Shown here one piece after another: positions 17,166 through 25,449 of a DNA stretch of 64,000 nucleotides. How positions within the stretch are numbered: position 1 is the first letter of the stretch; the number at the start of each line of letters is the position of its first letter. This DNA comes from Chloroflexota bacterium (GTDB lineage: Bacteria > Chloroflexota > Dehalococcoidia > JACPPY01), in contig JACPPY010000072.1 of assembly GCA_016190755.1 (NCBI GenBank), positions 37,458-101,457 of the forward strand, given 5' to 3'. Under the pieces are notes generated by a model, which worked only from the letters and a program-made list of their open reading frames with translations, had not been told where the DNA came from and did not search any database. The translations under genes were made by a program, and so were the position numbers.

Positions 17166-19613
17166 TTAGACTTTCGCTACGGCCTCTTCGAGGGCCTTCT
17201 CCATCATCCCAGTCCCCCAGGACAGATGCTGGGTGCGCATGATGATCTGGTTCTGCAAATCGGTCGGAAGCTCCACGAAATAAGCGCTGTACCCTGCGAT
17301 GCGGACAATGACATTCTTGTAGTTTTCGGGGTGCTTCTGAGCTTCGAGCAATGTCTTGCGGTCCCAGATGTTGAACTGGATATGGAAGTGGCCCAGGTCT
17401 GCCCAAGTCTTGAGATAGGCCATGAATATTTCTTTATTCGGACCTCTCAGCAGGTCTGCGCTGAATTTCTGGTTGAACAAATGGTTATGGCTGCGCAGCG
17501 GGTCTATCTTGGAGGTAGACTTGAGCACAGCGGTCGGGCCGAGCATATCCTGGCCGGCAACCGGGGATATGCTGCCGTCATTGAAGGGCTGGCGGGCTTT
17601 GCGTCCATCAGGGGTGGCCGCCGTCTGGTCCCCATAGCCGATGTAGCCGGCCCCCGCGCTGCCGTCGAATGTGATTGGGCCGCCCCAGTAGTTCTTGACC
17701 TTCTTCAGGCGGCTGTTCAGGCGGTAGTGGATATCCCTGGCGATAAGGTCCACATAGTCATTGTCGTTGCCGAACTTGGGGGCTTTGAGGCAAAGCTGCC
17801 GCAGGTCTTCGTAACCTTCCCAATTCGCCTTAAGCGCCTTGACCATATCCGGCAGGATGAGCCTTTTCTCGTCGAAGACGAGCTTTCTGATGGCCGCCAG
17901 AGAGTCGGCGACCGTCGTCCCGCCCAGGTTGCCCATCGTCTCCTTTGGTATGTAGCTCCAACCCTTGCAGTCGCGTGCCTGCTCGATGCAACCGTCCAGC
18001 ATGGCTGAGAAGAATGGTCGCGGCAGGTACTCTTCGTAGAGCGCATTGCCGACCTCGTTTATCTGCGCCAGCTTTTCGGCGAAGAACCCTGCCTGGGTGA
18101 TAAAAGCGTCGATTATCTCATCGACATTGCGGAAGGTAGCCGGGTCGGGCGTGGGATAGCCTATCATCTCTCCGGTGAGCATGCATTTGCCCTGGTTGAG
18201 CGCCAGCTCAAAGCACTTTGCCAGCACCAGGTGACCGACATGGGCGCGGTCTGAGAGGTTCTTACCCGGCAGCGTCCAGCGTACGCATCCTTCCATCGCG
18301 TAGTCACGGGCGACGTTCAGGGGCACGCCGAACTCCAGCAAGTATGGGACCATCATCTCATCGTTGAACAAGGCCGGGTAGCCGACGCCGGTCGCGATTA
18401 CATCGACGGCCTTGGAGACAAGCTCAGGGTCTATCTTGGGATGATATCTAAGGCAGAGAGATGGCTGAAGTGTCTGCATTTCTTTCGAGGCATCCAAGAC
18501 GATGAAAGACACCTCGTTAGTGACGTCATCGCCTTCCGGCGTGACTCCGCCGATGGTCAGGTTCTGCCACAGACTGCTGGCGCCTATCTGTGAGCCCCAC
18601 ATCGGCGGGTAAAGGTCGCCGCGCTCTTCGAGCTTTATCCACAAGCACTCGACCAACTCCTGCGCCTCTTCCCGGGTTATCCGCCCTTCGCGCTTGTCCT
18701 TCTCGTAGAAAGGATAGAAATCACGGTCGAACCGCCCGGCGCAGCCGTTCATCTGCATCTCGATCGATCGGCTTATTACCGTCACGAGCCAGAAGAACTG
18801 TACCGCTTCATAGAATGTGCGAGGTGGGTTTTCAGGCACCCATTCGCAGATTTCGGCAAGTCGTTCAAGCTCGGCCTTGCGGGACAGGTCGGGATGGGCA
18901 CTGGCCTGCTCACGCGCCAGCTTAGCGAAGCGGTGTGAGAACTTGATCGCCGCCTGGAGCGATATGACGACGGCATCAAGGAAGTTCTTTTTATTCAGGT
19001 ATTCCTTGCCAGGCATCTTCTTATCGGCCTGAACTTCCTTGAGCTTGTCCTGCGCCTCCTGGATAAGGCCTTTGAAGCCCACCTGGAAAAGCTTGCGGAA
19101 GTTGGGTATGCCGGAGCTTGTGCCGTATGACCAGACATGCGCTCCCTTGTAAGCCCAGTAGGGTTTCAGGTCGTCGGGGATAAGGTCTCGTTCCTTTCCT
19201 TGGACCGACTTGTCCTTCCAATACTTGTTAAGCTCGTGGACTTCCTGTCTCTCCGCCTCGGAGAGCATGCCCTTGTACTCGCGGTCGACGGACTTGTCCA
19301 GCCAGCGCCAGTAGCATTCAGGGTAATATGGCAGAGAGGCGGTAGTGGAGGCGTAGTTCCCCGCCAGGAGCTGCCCTTCATCGATGTAAATGGTCATTTT
19401 CCCCAGGATTTTTTCGAGGGCGCGGGCACGGCGCAGCACCATAGGCTGACCTTCGGTCTCTTTGTAGGACTCCGTTACGAGGCGCGCCCGCTCGAGACAG
19501 ATTTTGACGTCCGGGCCATAGGCCACATCGCTCATCTTGGTGTAGCCCTTGGCCACTGAGTGGTAGATTTTGTCTACCATGTTTCGTTTCAGTCCCTGTG
19601 TCCTCTCACTCAT
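17166..19613 (-). CDS. Glycyl radical enzyme (PFL2/glycerol-dehydratase-like superfamily), substrate unknown
   Basis: 815 aa. C-terminal glycyl-radical fingerprint VIVRIAGYSAYFVEL...QNQIIMRTQH (Gly774 codon at 17292-17294). Cys loop GYPALFNDE...VARDYAMEGCVRW (Cys443 codon at 18285-18287). Confidence 0.9.
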   Translation of the reverse strand: MSERTQGLKRNMVDKIYHSVAKGYTKMSDVAYGPDVKICLERARLVTESYKETEGQPMVLRRARALEKILGKMTIYIDEGQLLAGNYASTTASLPYYPECYWRWLDKSVDREYKGMLSEAERQEVHELNKYWKDKSVQGKERDLIPDDLKPYWAYKGAHVWSYGTSSGIPNFRKLFQVGFKGLIQEAQDKLKEVQADKKMPGKEYLNKKNFLDAVVISLQAAIKFSHRFAKLAREQASAHPDLSRKAELERLAEICEWVPENPPRTFYEAVQFFWLVTVISRSIEMQMNGCAGRFDRDFYPFYEKDKREGRITREEAQELVECLWIKLEERGDLYPPMWGSQIGASSLWQNLTIGGVTPEGDDVTNEVSFIVLDASKEMQTLQPSLCLRYHPKIDPELVSKAVDVIATGVGYPALFNDEMMVPYLLEFGVPLNVARDYAMEGCVRWTLPGKNLSDRAHVGHLVLAKCFELALNQGKCMLTGEMIGYPTPDPATFRNVDEIIDAFITQAGFFAEKLAQINEVGNALYEEYLPRPFFSAMLDGCIEQARDCKGWSYIPKETMGNLGGTTVADSLAAIRKLVFDEKRLILPDMVKALKANWEGYEDLRQLCLKAPKFGNDNDYVDLIARDIHYRLNSRLKKVKNYWGGPITFDGSAGAGYIGYGDQTAATPDGRKARQPFNDGSISPVAGQDMLGPTAVLKSTSKIDPLRSHNHLFNQKFSADLLRGPNKEIFMAYLKTWADLGHFHIQFNIWDRKTLLEAQKHPENYKNVIVRIAGYSAYFVELPTDLQNQIIMRTQHLSWGTGMMEKALEEAVAKV

Positions 19614-19652
19614 CTCTTGCCTCCTGAAAGTGATTCCTGACGACTCTCCCAG

Positions 19653-20501
19653 CTAAAGCTTGAACACTTTTACCGCATTATCATGGAGCAGTTTCTTTTT
19701 GACGTCTTCCTTAAGGCCAAGGTCATCAATCTGCTGTAGCATCTTGTCCCAGGGAAGTCCGTTGCTGCCCCAAATGACCTTATCCTGACCCCGGGTGTTG
19801 ATAAACTTAACGACGTTCGGCTCGAGGTATTTCGGCATATGGGCGTCGACGCCGAAATAGATATTGTCGTACTTATAGCATATCGCAATAAGCTCCTCGC
19901 ACCAAGGATAACCGGTATGCGCGCCGATTATCTTGAGGCTGGGGAAATCGAGCGCAATGCGGTCCAGGTAGATGGGCCGGCCGTATTCGCTGTACATAGC
20001 CTCAAGCACGTACCCGACCTGTAGCGCCACCGGAACACCAAGCTCCTGGCACTTGGCATAAAGGGGATACATTGTCCTGTCATCTATGGCTGTATCGAAA
20101 CCGTAGACATGGACATATACTCCCTTAAAGCCATGGTCTTTCACCAGCCATTCGATTTCCTCAAGGCTTTCTTTGATCCTGAAGGGATTATAAGAAGCCA
20201 GGCCGGCAAAGCGGTCGGGATGTTTTTCCGTGTACTGAAGCACCTCTTCCGCCTTGGTATCGACATACCAGCGCTTGTTCCAGTGAGAGAACATCCTGAA
20301 CTCGCTGATAAGGACCTTCTCCACGTTTGCCTTGTCCATGGCCTCGATCATCTTTTCGATGCTGGGGTATGACGGCGGTTTGCCTCCAAGCGAGGCTTGC
20401 ATCCGGCAGATAATCTCCTGCTTGCCGGCCACATCCACCCTATCAACCCACTCCGGCGTTGTGACCGAGTTAAGAAAATCGATGGCCTTTATCTGTGGCA
20501 T
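19653..20501 (-). CDS. Amidohydrolase-2 family TIM-barrel protein (ACMSD/LigW/LigI-like)
   Basis: 282 aa. Family-like blocks GAHTGYPW and VIWGSNGLPW. The N-terminal strand reads AIDFLNS rather than the usual D-x-H-x-H, so the metal site may be atypical. Confidence 0.7.
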   Translation of the reverse strand: MPQIKAIDFLNSVTTPEWVDRVDVAGKQEIICRMQASLGGKPPSYPSIEKMIEAMDKANVEKVLISEFRMFSHWNKRWYVDTKAEEVLQYTEKHPDRFAGLASYNPFRIKESLEEIEWLVKDHGFKGVYVHVYGFDTAIDDRTMYPLYAKCQELGVPVALQVGYVLEAMYSEYGRPIYLDRIALDFPSLKIIGAHTGYPWCEELIAICYKYDNIYFGVDAHMPKYLEPNVVKFINTRGQDKVIWGSNGLPWDKMLQQIDDLGLKEDVKKKLLHDNAVKVFKL

Positions 20502-20555
20502 TCGCTATCCCTTCTATGCAGTTTTCGCAATCTGTTCTCAGGCCTTGGGCGGTGC

Positions 20556-21341
20556 CTATACCATAGCGTATCCGCCGTCGACGCTCAGAGTCTGCCCGGT
20601 AATAATGCCTGCGGCGGTGTCCGAGGCCAGGAAGACCACCGCGCTGGCGATATCCTTGGGCGCGGCCCCTTTACGCAGCGGATAGGCTTTCAGGGCTTTT
20701 TCGAGTACCTCGGGCGGCACAGGTGGTTCCTTCCAGGCGCTCTTGGCGCCCACCTCCTCCGGTTTTTCAGGTGCTACCAGGGAGGGGCAGACAACGTTCA
20801 CGCGTATATTGAACCTGCCGGCCTCTCGGGCGATTGCTTTCGAAAAGGCGATGACCGCCCCCTTACAGCCGGAGTAGACTGCTTCGCGGGCTTCGCCGAG
20901 CCTCCCGGCATCAGAACCGATATTAACGATCGCCCCACCGCCGTTCTGGGACATGTGCGGGAGAACAGCGCTTATCCAGTTCAGGTCCGTCTTGAAGTTG
21001 ATGGTAAGAAGCCTGTCCCACAGCTCCGGGTTAGTCTCAGTGAAAAAGGCTATCCGGTCCCAACCGACGTTGTTCACCAGGACATCCACCTTGCCGAACT
21101 CACCGAGGACCTTTTTAAGGGCAGCAGCTACGGCGTCATGGCTGGTGGCATCCGCGAGCACCACCATGGCCTTGACCCCCAGGCTGCGCGCCTTCTCGGC
21201 GGCGCGGTTCGCCTGTTCTTCGTCGATATCGGCTATGGCTACGTTAGCGCCCTCTTTTGCGAAGGCCAGCGTGATACCGTAGCCAATGTTTGAAGCCCCG
21301 CCGCTGATGATGACGTTCTTGCCTTTTAGTCCCAGGTCCAT
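20556..21341 (-). CDS. Short-chain dehydrogenase/reductase (SDR)
   Basis: 261 aa. Cofactor motif ISGGASNIGYG, NNVG, and catalytic YSGCKGA (YxxxK). Confidence 0.9.
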   Translation of the reverse strand: MDLGLKGKNVIISGGASNIGYGITLAFAKEGANVAIADIDEEQANRAAEKARSLGVKAMVVLADATSHDAVAAALKKVLGEFGKVDVLVNNVGWDRIAFFTETNPELWDRLLTINFKTDLNWISAVLPHMSQNGGGAIVNIGSDAGRLGEAREAVYSGCKGAVIAFSKAIAREAGRFNIRVNVVCPSLVAPEKPEEVGAKSAWKEPPVPPEVLEKALKAYPLRKGAAPKDIASAVVFLASDTAAGIITGQTLSVDGGYAMV

Positions 21342-21368
21342 TCTTCCTCCTAGTCTGTGACTAACGTG

Positions 21369-23429
21369 CTAATTGGCTCGTGCGATACGGCACGGCACTC
21401 CTTTTAGCCTGGGGAACCCGGAAATAGGATCCACTGGAGCATTGTCAGTCAAGAGATTGATGTTGGCATCCGCCCATCCGTGAGTGGCACTGAGCACGCC
21501 CGGCAGAATGTCTTCGGTGACCAGGGCTTTAACCGTGATTCTGCCGTTTTTGGTTTCGAGGATAGCGGACTTGCCGTTCTCAATGTTGTACTTGCTGGCG
21601 GTTTCGGGATGAATTTCTACCGCGTGCTCAGGGAGAATCTTGCGCAGCCTGGCAACCTGGCGCAACTGAGAGTGACAGAAAGGAAGTTTACGCGAGCCGG
21701 TCACCATGATCAACGGATAGGAGCCTCCGTTGCCGCCCGCGGCTGGCTGAGGCTCGCGGTAGGTTGGCAGCGGGTCATGCCCCAACTCTTCGAGGGTCTT
21801 GGAATATACCTCCATCTTGCCGGAAGGCGTGGGGAATCCACGGGTTTCATACTCCCTGAGCTTGACCGTGCCGTAGGTTACGCCGCCTGGGTCCTGTTTC
21901 GATAGCTTCTCTATTGACAGTCCCGAAGGCTCGAAAATATAGTCGATAGCCTCGTCAGCGGTTTGCCATGGGAAGTACTCTCCATAGCCCATACGCTTGG
22001 CGAGTTCGAGGTAGAAGGTCATGTCCGAGCGGCTTTCCTCATAAGTCACTATCTTTTTCTGCAACATAACGAACGGAAGTCCGTGCAGCATACGATAAAA
22101 GTCAAAGATGACGTTTCTCTCGAAGCAGCTGGCGGCGGGCAGCACAATGTGCGCCATCTCCGTGGTCCGGGTTGGGAAGAGGTCCATGGCCACAAGGAAG
22201 TCTAGGCTTTGCAGTGCTTCAGTCACTTTCCTGGAGTTGGGCCATGTCAACGCCAGGTTGGAGCCGGAAACAATGGCCGCCCTCACAGGGTAAGGCTTGC
22301 CATGGAGTATTGCATCCGGGAGGAGCATTGATTGCCCTTCACCCTCACCGATAAGCTTTCCCCAGACACCGTAGAATAGCGGGTACTTGTCTACGCCCAG
22401 AGGCTTGTGCTTCAAGAGATTTTCAAGCCTTACAGGCTTATGCCTGATGCTGGAAGTGGTGATGAATCCTCCCGGTACCTCGAAATTACCCGTGATAGCC
22501 TGTAGAATACAGCGCGCCCGGGAGAGCTGGACTCCCGAGCCTTGCTCCTCGAGAGTGTTGCTATAGGTGGCGATACACGCGGGCTTGATAGTGGCGAAGT
22601 CGCGGGCAATCTGTCGAATTTGTTGGGCGGGCACCCCAGTGAGCTCTTCAACCTTCTCCGGTGCGTAAGCCTTGATGTGTTCGGTGAGCTTGTCGAAGCC
22701 CAGCGCCCATTTGACGACGAAGTCCTTATCGTAGAGTCCTTCGCTGATAATGACGTTGAGCAACCCGAGCATAAGGGCGAGGTCGGTGCCCGGGCGTGGG
22801 GCGACATAGATGTCCGCTTTCTTCGCCAGGGCGGTGCGTCGCGGGTCGATGACAATCAGCCTGGTGCCTTTTTGCTTTAGCTGCAAGATGTCTCTAGCGA
22901 GGAACGGTTGTGAGTCGGAAGGGTTGGTCCCCCAGACCAGGATGCAGCGTGCGTTCTTCGGGTCGGGCAGCCCGTACTTCCCGAGAGTCAAGATATCCCC
23001 GATGATGAACGCGCGCCAGCACATGCTGTCAACCGAGAAGACACTTGGGGTACCATAGGCATCGCAAAAGCGGCGCACAAAAGTGATCGTGGCGCTGCCC
23101 TGCGTCAGAATGGGTTGTCCGAAACACACAGCCAGCGCGGTGGGGCCGTATTTTTCTTTAACCTTGCTAAGGTTGGCGGCGACGGTATCCAACGCCTCGT
23201 CCCAGGAGATCCTCTTGAAACCGTTGCCTTCCTTGCGCAAAGGAGATTTTATACGGTCCGGGTGGTAGATCATGCTCGCGGCATTGCGGGCACGGGCGCA
23301 TATCATACCCTTGTTTAAGGGATGCTCGGTCATCCCTTCCACTTTTTCTATTCGTCCGTCTGGACCAACAATAACGTTGAGACCACAACCAAGTCCACAG
23401 ATGCCGCAGGCTGTCTTGATCGTTTCCAA
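21369..23429 (-). CDS. Molybdopterin oxidoreductase (MopB superfamily), cytoplasmic, single subunit
   Basis: 686 aa with a TTG start. N-terminal FeS motif C-x2-C-x3-C-x28-C (ACGICGLGCG...GMICARA). No twin-arginine signal. C-terminal molydopterin dinucleotide-binding beta-barrel-like end (ILPGVLSATHGW). Confidence 0.85.
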   Translation of the reverse strand: METIKTACGICGLGCGLNVIVGPDGRIEKVEGMTEHPLNKGMICARARNAASMIYHPDRIKSPLRKEGNGFKRISWDEALDTVAANLSKVKEKYGPTALAVCFGQPILTQGSATITFVRRFCDAYGTPSVFSVDSMCWRAFIIGDILTLGKYGLPDPKNARCILVWGTNPSDSQPFLARDILQLKQKGTRLIVIDPRRTALAKKADIYVAPRPGTDLALMLGLLNVIISEGLYDKDFVVKWALGFDKLTEHIKAYAPEKVEELTGVPAQQIRQIARDFATIKPACIATYSNTLEEQGSGVQLSRARCILQAITGNFEVPGGFITTSSIRHKPVRLENLLKHKPLGVDKYPLFYGVWGKLIGEGEGQSMLLPDAILHGKPYPVRAAIVSGSNLALTWPNSRKVTEALQSLDFLVAMDLFPTRTTEMAHIVLPAASCFERNVIFDFYRMLHGLPFVMLQKKIVTYEESRSDMTFYLELAKRMGYGEYFPWQTADEAIDYIFEPSGLSIEKLSKQDPGGVTYGTVKLREYETRGFPTPSGKMEVYSKTLEELGHDPLPTYREPQPAAGGNGGSYPLIMVTGSRKLPFCHSQLRQVARLRKILPEHAVEIHPETASKYNIENGKSAILETKNGRITVKALVTEDILPGVLSATHGWADANINLLTDNAPVDPISGFPRLKGVPCRIARAN

Positions 23430-23688
23430 GGGAAGTACCTCCGCGTCCTGCTGAAATGGGCAAGACAGGGCCTAATAGGCGAAGTTCATATTCTGAACAA
23501 TCCTCAGCCCAATATACAAAACCAAGCGATCTCTTGTCAAAAGAGGTCAGTAACCCCAACAAAGCAGCGTTTCCGGGTATGTGCAACCTCCGGATGCACA
23601 TTCTTGCACTGGGCCTCCCGAGCCCAGAATAATACCGTTCAGTCCACGGTGAAAACGACTTTAGTCTCATACAAAGAGATTGCACGGT

Positions 23689-23883
23689 ATAGTACACCAG
23701 CTTGTCCACGTTGTACCTCGTGGCAAAGCCTGGGGAAGTCCTGTCCTTGTACTGCTGCACCCGCTGCACCAGATTGGTGGTGACTCCGGTGTAGAGTACT
23801 CTGTTGGTCTTGTTGGTCACGATGTAGACATAGGAGTGGCAGTAAACAGAGTATATTAGAGCACTGCCCGGTGAGGGATAGCA
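23689..23883 (-). pseudogene. Truncated GIY-YIG nuclease family gene (N-terminal half only)
   Basis: The frame is open from TTG 23883. It encodes ...YCHSYVYIVTNKTNRVLYTGVTTNLVQRVQQYKDRTSPGFATRYNVDKLVYY, which covers the GIY and YIG strands. After LVYY the expected AI.REK catalytic half is absent in all frames. The 217-aa track ORF (23167-23820) is read-through into non-coding DNA and the MopB gene. Confidence 0.55.
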
Positions 23884-23889
23884 ATATGG

Positions 23890-23940
23890 TCAGATAAAGG
23901 TGGAGGCAGAGATTGCCGCGTCGCTCCGCTCCTTTGAATG
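23890..23940 (-). repeat. Palindromic repeat family, copy A
   Basis: The minus strand reads TCATTCAAAGGAGCGGAGCGACGCGGCAATCTCTGCCTCCACCTTTATCTG. Its right part matches copy B at 33039-33068, apart from a 2-nt indel and 1 mismatch. Lies 7 nt upstream of the GIY-YIG remnant. Confidence 0.65.
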
Positions 23941-24259
23941 AACCCGTATCTGGGGGCTATTGAGTTAGGGAGAGTTTGGAGGCTAAGCTGCCACCTTAAC
24001 CAACTCGTAGCCCAGTTCCCTGGCCCTACGGGACATGCTCTTGACCACCTTTGATATCATCATTCATTCCTCAAGACCAAGCTCGCAAACGGGCAGCAAG
24101 GCACCAATGGACAAACGGCCTTCTTCCTCGGGAATGTCGCCAGAGAGCATAACCCACCACCCCGGTGGTCGTCACCCCGGTTCATTTGTGTCATAGAGTA
24201 GGGGAATCCCCCTACTTGTTATGCTCGCAAGGACGATATGCAGCTATCCTGGTAATAAT

Positions 24260-24309
24260 TGACACACCCCGAACCTCCCGGCTGCTCCGGCATAATTCGG
24301 GGTGTGTCA
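24260..24309 (-). terminator. Stem-loop downstream of the cytochrome c gene
   Basis: Perfect 14-bp inverted repeat TGACACACCCCGAA / TTCGGGGTGTGTCA with a 22-nt loop. It sits 28 nt past the stop at 24338. The trailing minus-strand sequence is ATTATTACC, so there is no clean U-tract. Confidence 0.5.
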
Positions 24310-24337
24310 TGTTCACAAGAGGCGGTGGTGAAAGGGG

Positions 24338-25288
24338 CTACTTAGTGGGTAGCGTCTGAGCGTGGGTCAGCACATCTACGACGTCCTGGAGGCTCCACCC
24401 GGTTACCAATCCTGATGGCATGGCCGTGCCAGGCTGTCCGCTACGTACCTTGTGTATGAATTCCCACGGGTTGTCGAGAGCCAACGTGCCCACGTACTCC
24501 GGCTCTTCCGCCGAGCCGAAGTTCAACTGCTTCCCGTCCGAGCCATGGCAGGCAGCACAGACGCTGCTGAAGAGCTGCGACCCACGGGCCGCGTTGCCCC
24601 CAATGGGCTTCTTGGTAGCGTAGTCTATGTACGGGTTCACATTCACCAGGCTCTGGCTGAGAAAGGCGGCCAGGTCAGTTTGGGATTGCCCATCGAGCAG
24701 CTTAGAGAAGTCGTGGCGGTAATCGGTGCTCCCCTTCAGTATCTGGACAAGCTGTTCTTTAGACTTGGAAACGCCGGCGTCGTAGACCCCCACAAACCCG
24801 GTGTAGTGTGAGCCCTTGCTATAGGCGCCACCCTTGCCCTTATAATCCCAACCATGGCATTCTTTACAGCGCCAGGTGTCTGTACCCTTCCGAGTGTTGG
24901 TGGTCTGAAGTGCCCATAGCGCTTGATCTGCCGCTGGCGTGGCGGCCTTGGTCTCCTTTATCCAGTTGTCGTACAGCCGGCCTCCACGAGCGACGCTCGC
25001 GGCAGGTGCCGGTGTTCCTTGCAACGCCTCCGAGATGAGAGACTTGATCTCTTGAGTTGAGGGCTTAGGCCCTGCTGGACCTTGCTGACCCTGTGGTCCT
25101 TGGGCTCCTGCTGGCCCCACCTGTCCTTGTAGGCCTGCCGCCCCCGCTGGCCCGACGGATCCCGCCTGTCCTGCTGGCCCCGCTTGTCCGGTTGGACCTT
25201 GTGGGCCGGTGCAAGCGGCCGCGGCCAACCCTAAGGCGAGCAAGCCACCCAGTGCTGAGAGCAGGAATAACTTGCCTCTCTTTCCCAT
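24338..25288 (-). CDS. Diheme c-type cytochrome lipoprotein with N-terminal collagen-like (G-X-Y)16 repeat
   Basis: Track ORF trimmed to the second ATG (25288), which is preceded by AAGGAGG. Signal peptide with lipobox LAAAAC. Sixteen uninterrupted GXY triplets (GPQGPTGQAGPAGQAGSVGPAGAAGLQGQVGPAGAQGPQGQQGPAGPK, 25064-25207). Two CxxCH motifs (CKECH, CAACH). Confidence 0.8.
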   Translation of the reverse strand: MGKRGKLFLLSALGGLLALGLAAAACTGPQGPTGQAGPAGQAGSVGPAGAAGLQGQVGPAGAQGPQGQQGPAGPKPSTQEIKSLISEALQGTPAPAASVARGGRLYDNWIKETKAATPAADQALWALQTTNTRKGTDTWRCKECHGWDYKGKGGAYSKGSHYTGFVGVYDAGVSKSKEQLVQILKGSTDYRHDFSKLLDGQSQTDLAAFLSQSLVNVNPYIDYATKKPIGGNAARGSQLFSSVCAACHGSDGKQLNFGSAEEPEYVGTLALDNPWEFIHKVRSGQPGTAMPSGLVTGWSLQDVVDVLTHAQTLPTK

Positions 25289-25387
25289 ATTGATAGCCTC
25301 CTTCATTCACGGGAATGACCGCTGTTGCGGCCGGGTAATATCCTAATTACCTGAGGCAAGTTCGGGAATAGGTAGTCGTTGGGGATA

Positions 25388-25424
25388 AGCAAAGCAAAAA
25401 CGCCCTAATTGCCGGTAGGGCGTT
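25388..25424 (-). terminator. Intrinsic terminator after the response-regulator gene
   Basis: On the minus strand: stem AACGCCCT, 10-nt loop, AGGGCGTT, followed by TTTTGCTTTGC. Lies 26 nt downstream of the stop at 25450. Confidence 0.7.
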
Positions 25425-25449
25425 CGGGGGATGTCGCCACGAGGCTGGC

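Noticed and set aside
21369-23429. Possible selenocysteine (in-frame TGA) or Tat export of the molybdoenzyme.
   Set aside because: The ORF is uninterrupted from TTG 23429 to the stop, so no recoded TGA is needed. The N-terminus goes straight into the FeS Cys motif without an RR signal.
23167-23820. 217-aa track ORF beginning with a GIY-YIG-like N-terminus.
   Set aside because: Only the first 45 residues or so are GIY-YIG-like. The rest is read-through across the promoter region and into the 5' end of the MopB gene on the same strand. It is treated as a truncated pseudogene rather than a 217-aa protein.
23995-24150. Two tiny tandem minus-strand ORFs that vaguely recall the HicB N-terminus and the HicA N-terminus (toxin-antitoxin debris). 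They are MLSGDIPEEEGRLSIGALLPVCELGLEE (24064-24150) and MMISKVVKSMSRRARELGYELG (23995-24063).
   Set aside because: They are only 28 and 22 codons long, key residues are not conserved, and there is no way to test significance here. I mention them only as possible further evidence that 23.4-24.3 kb is decayed accessory DNA.
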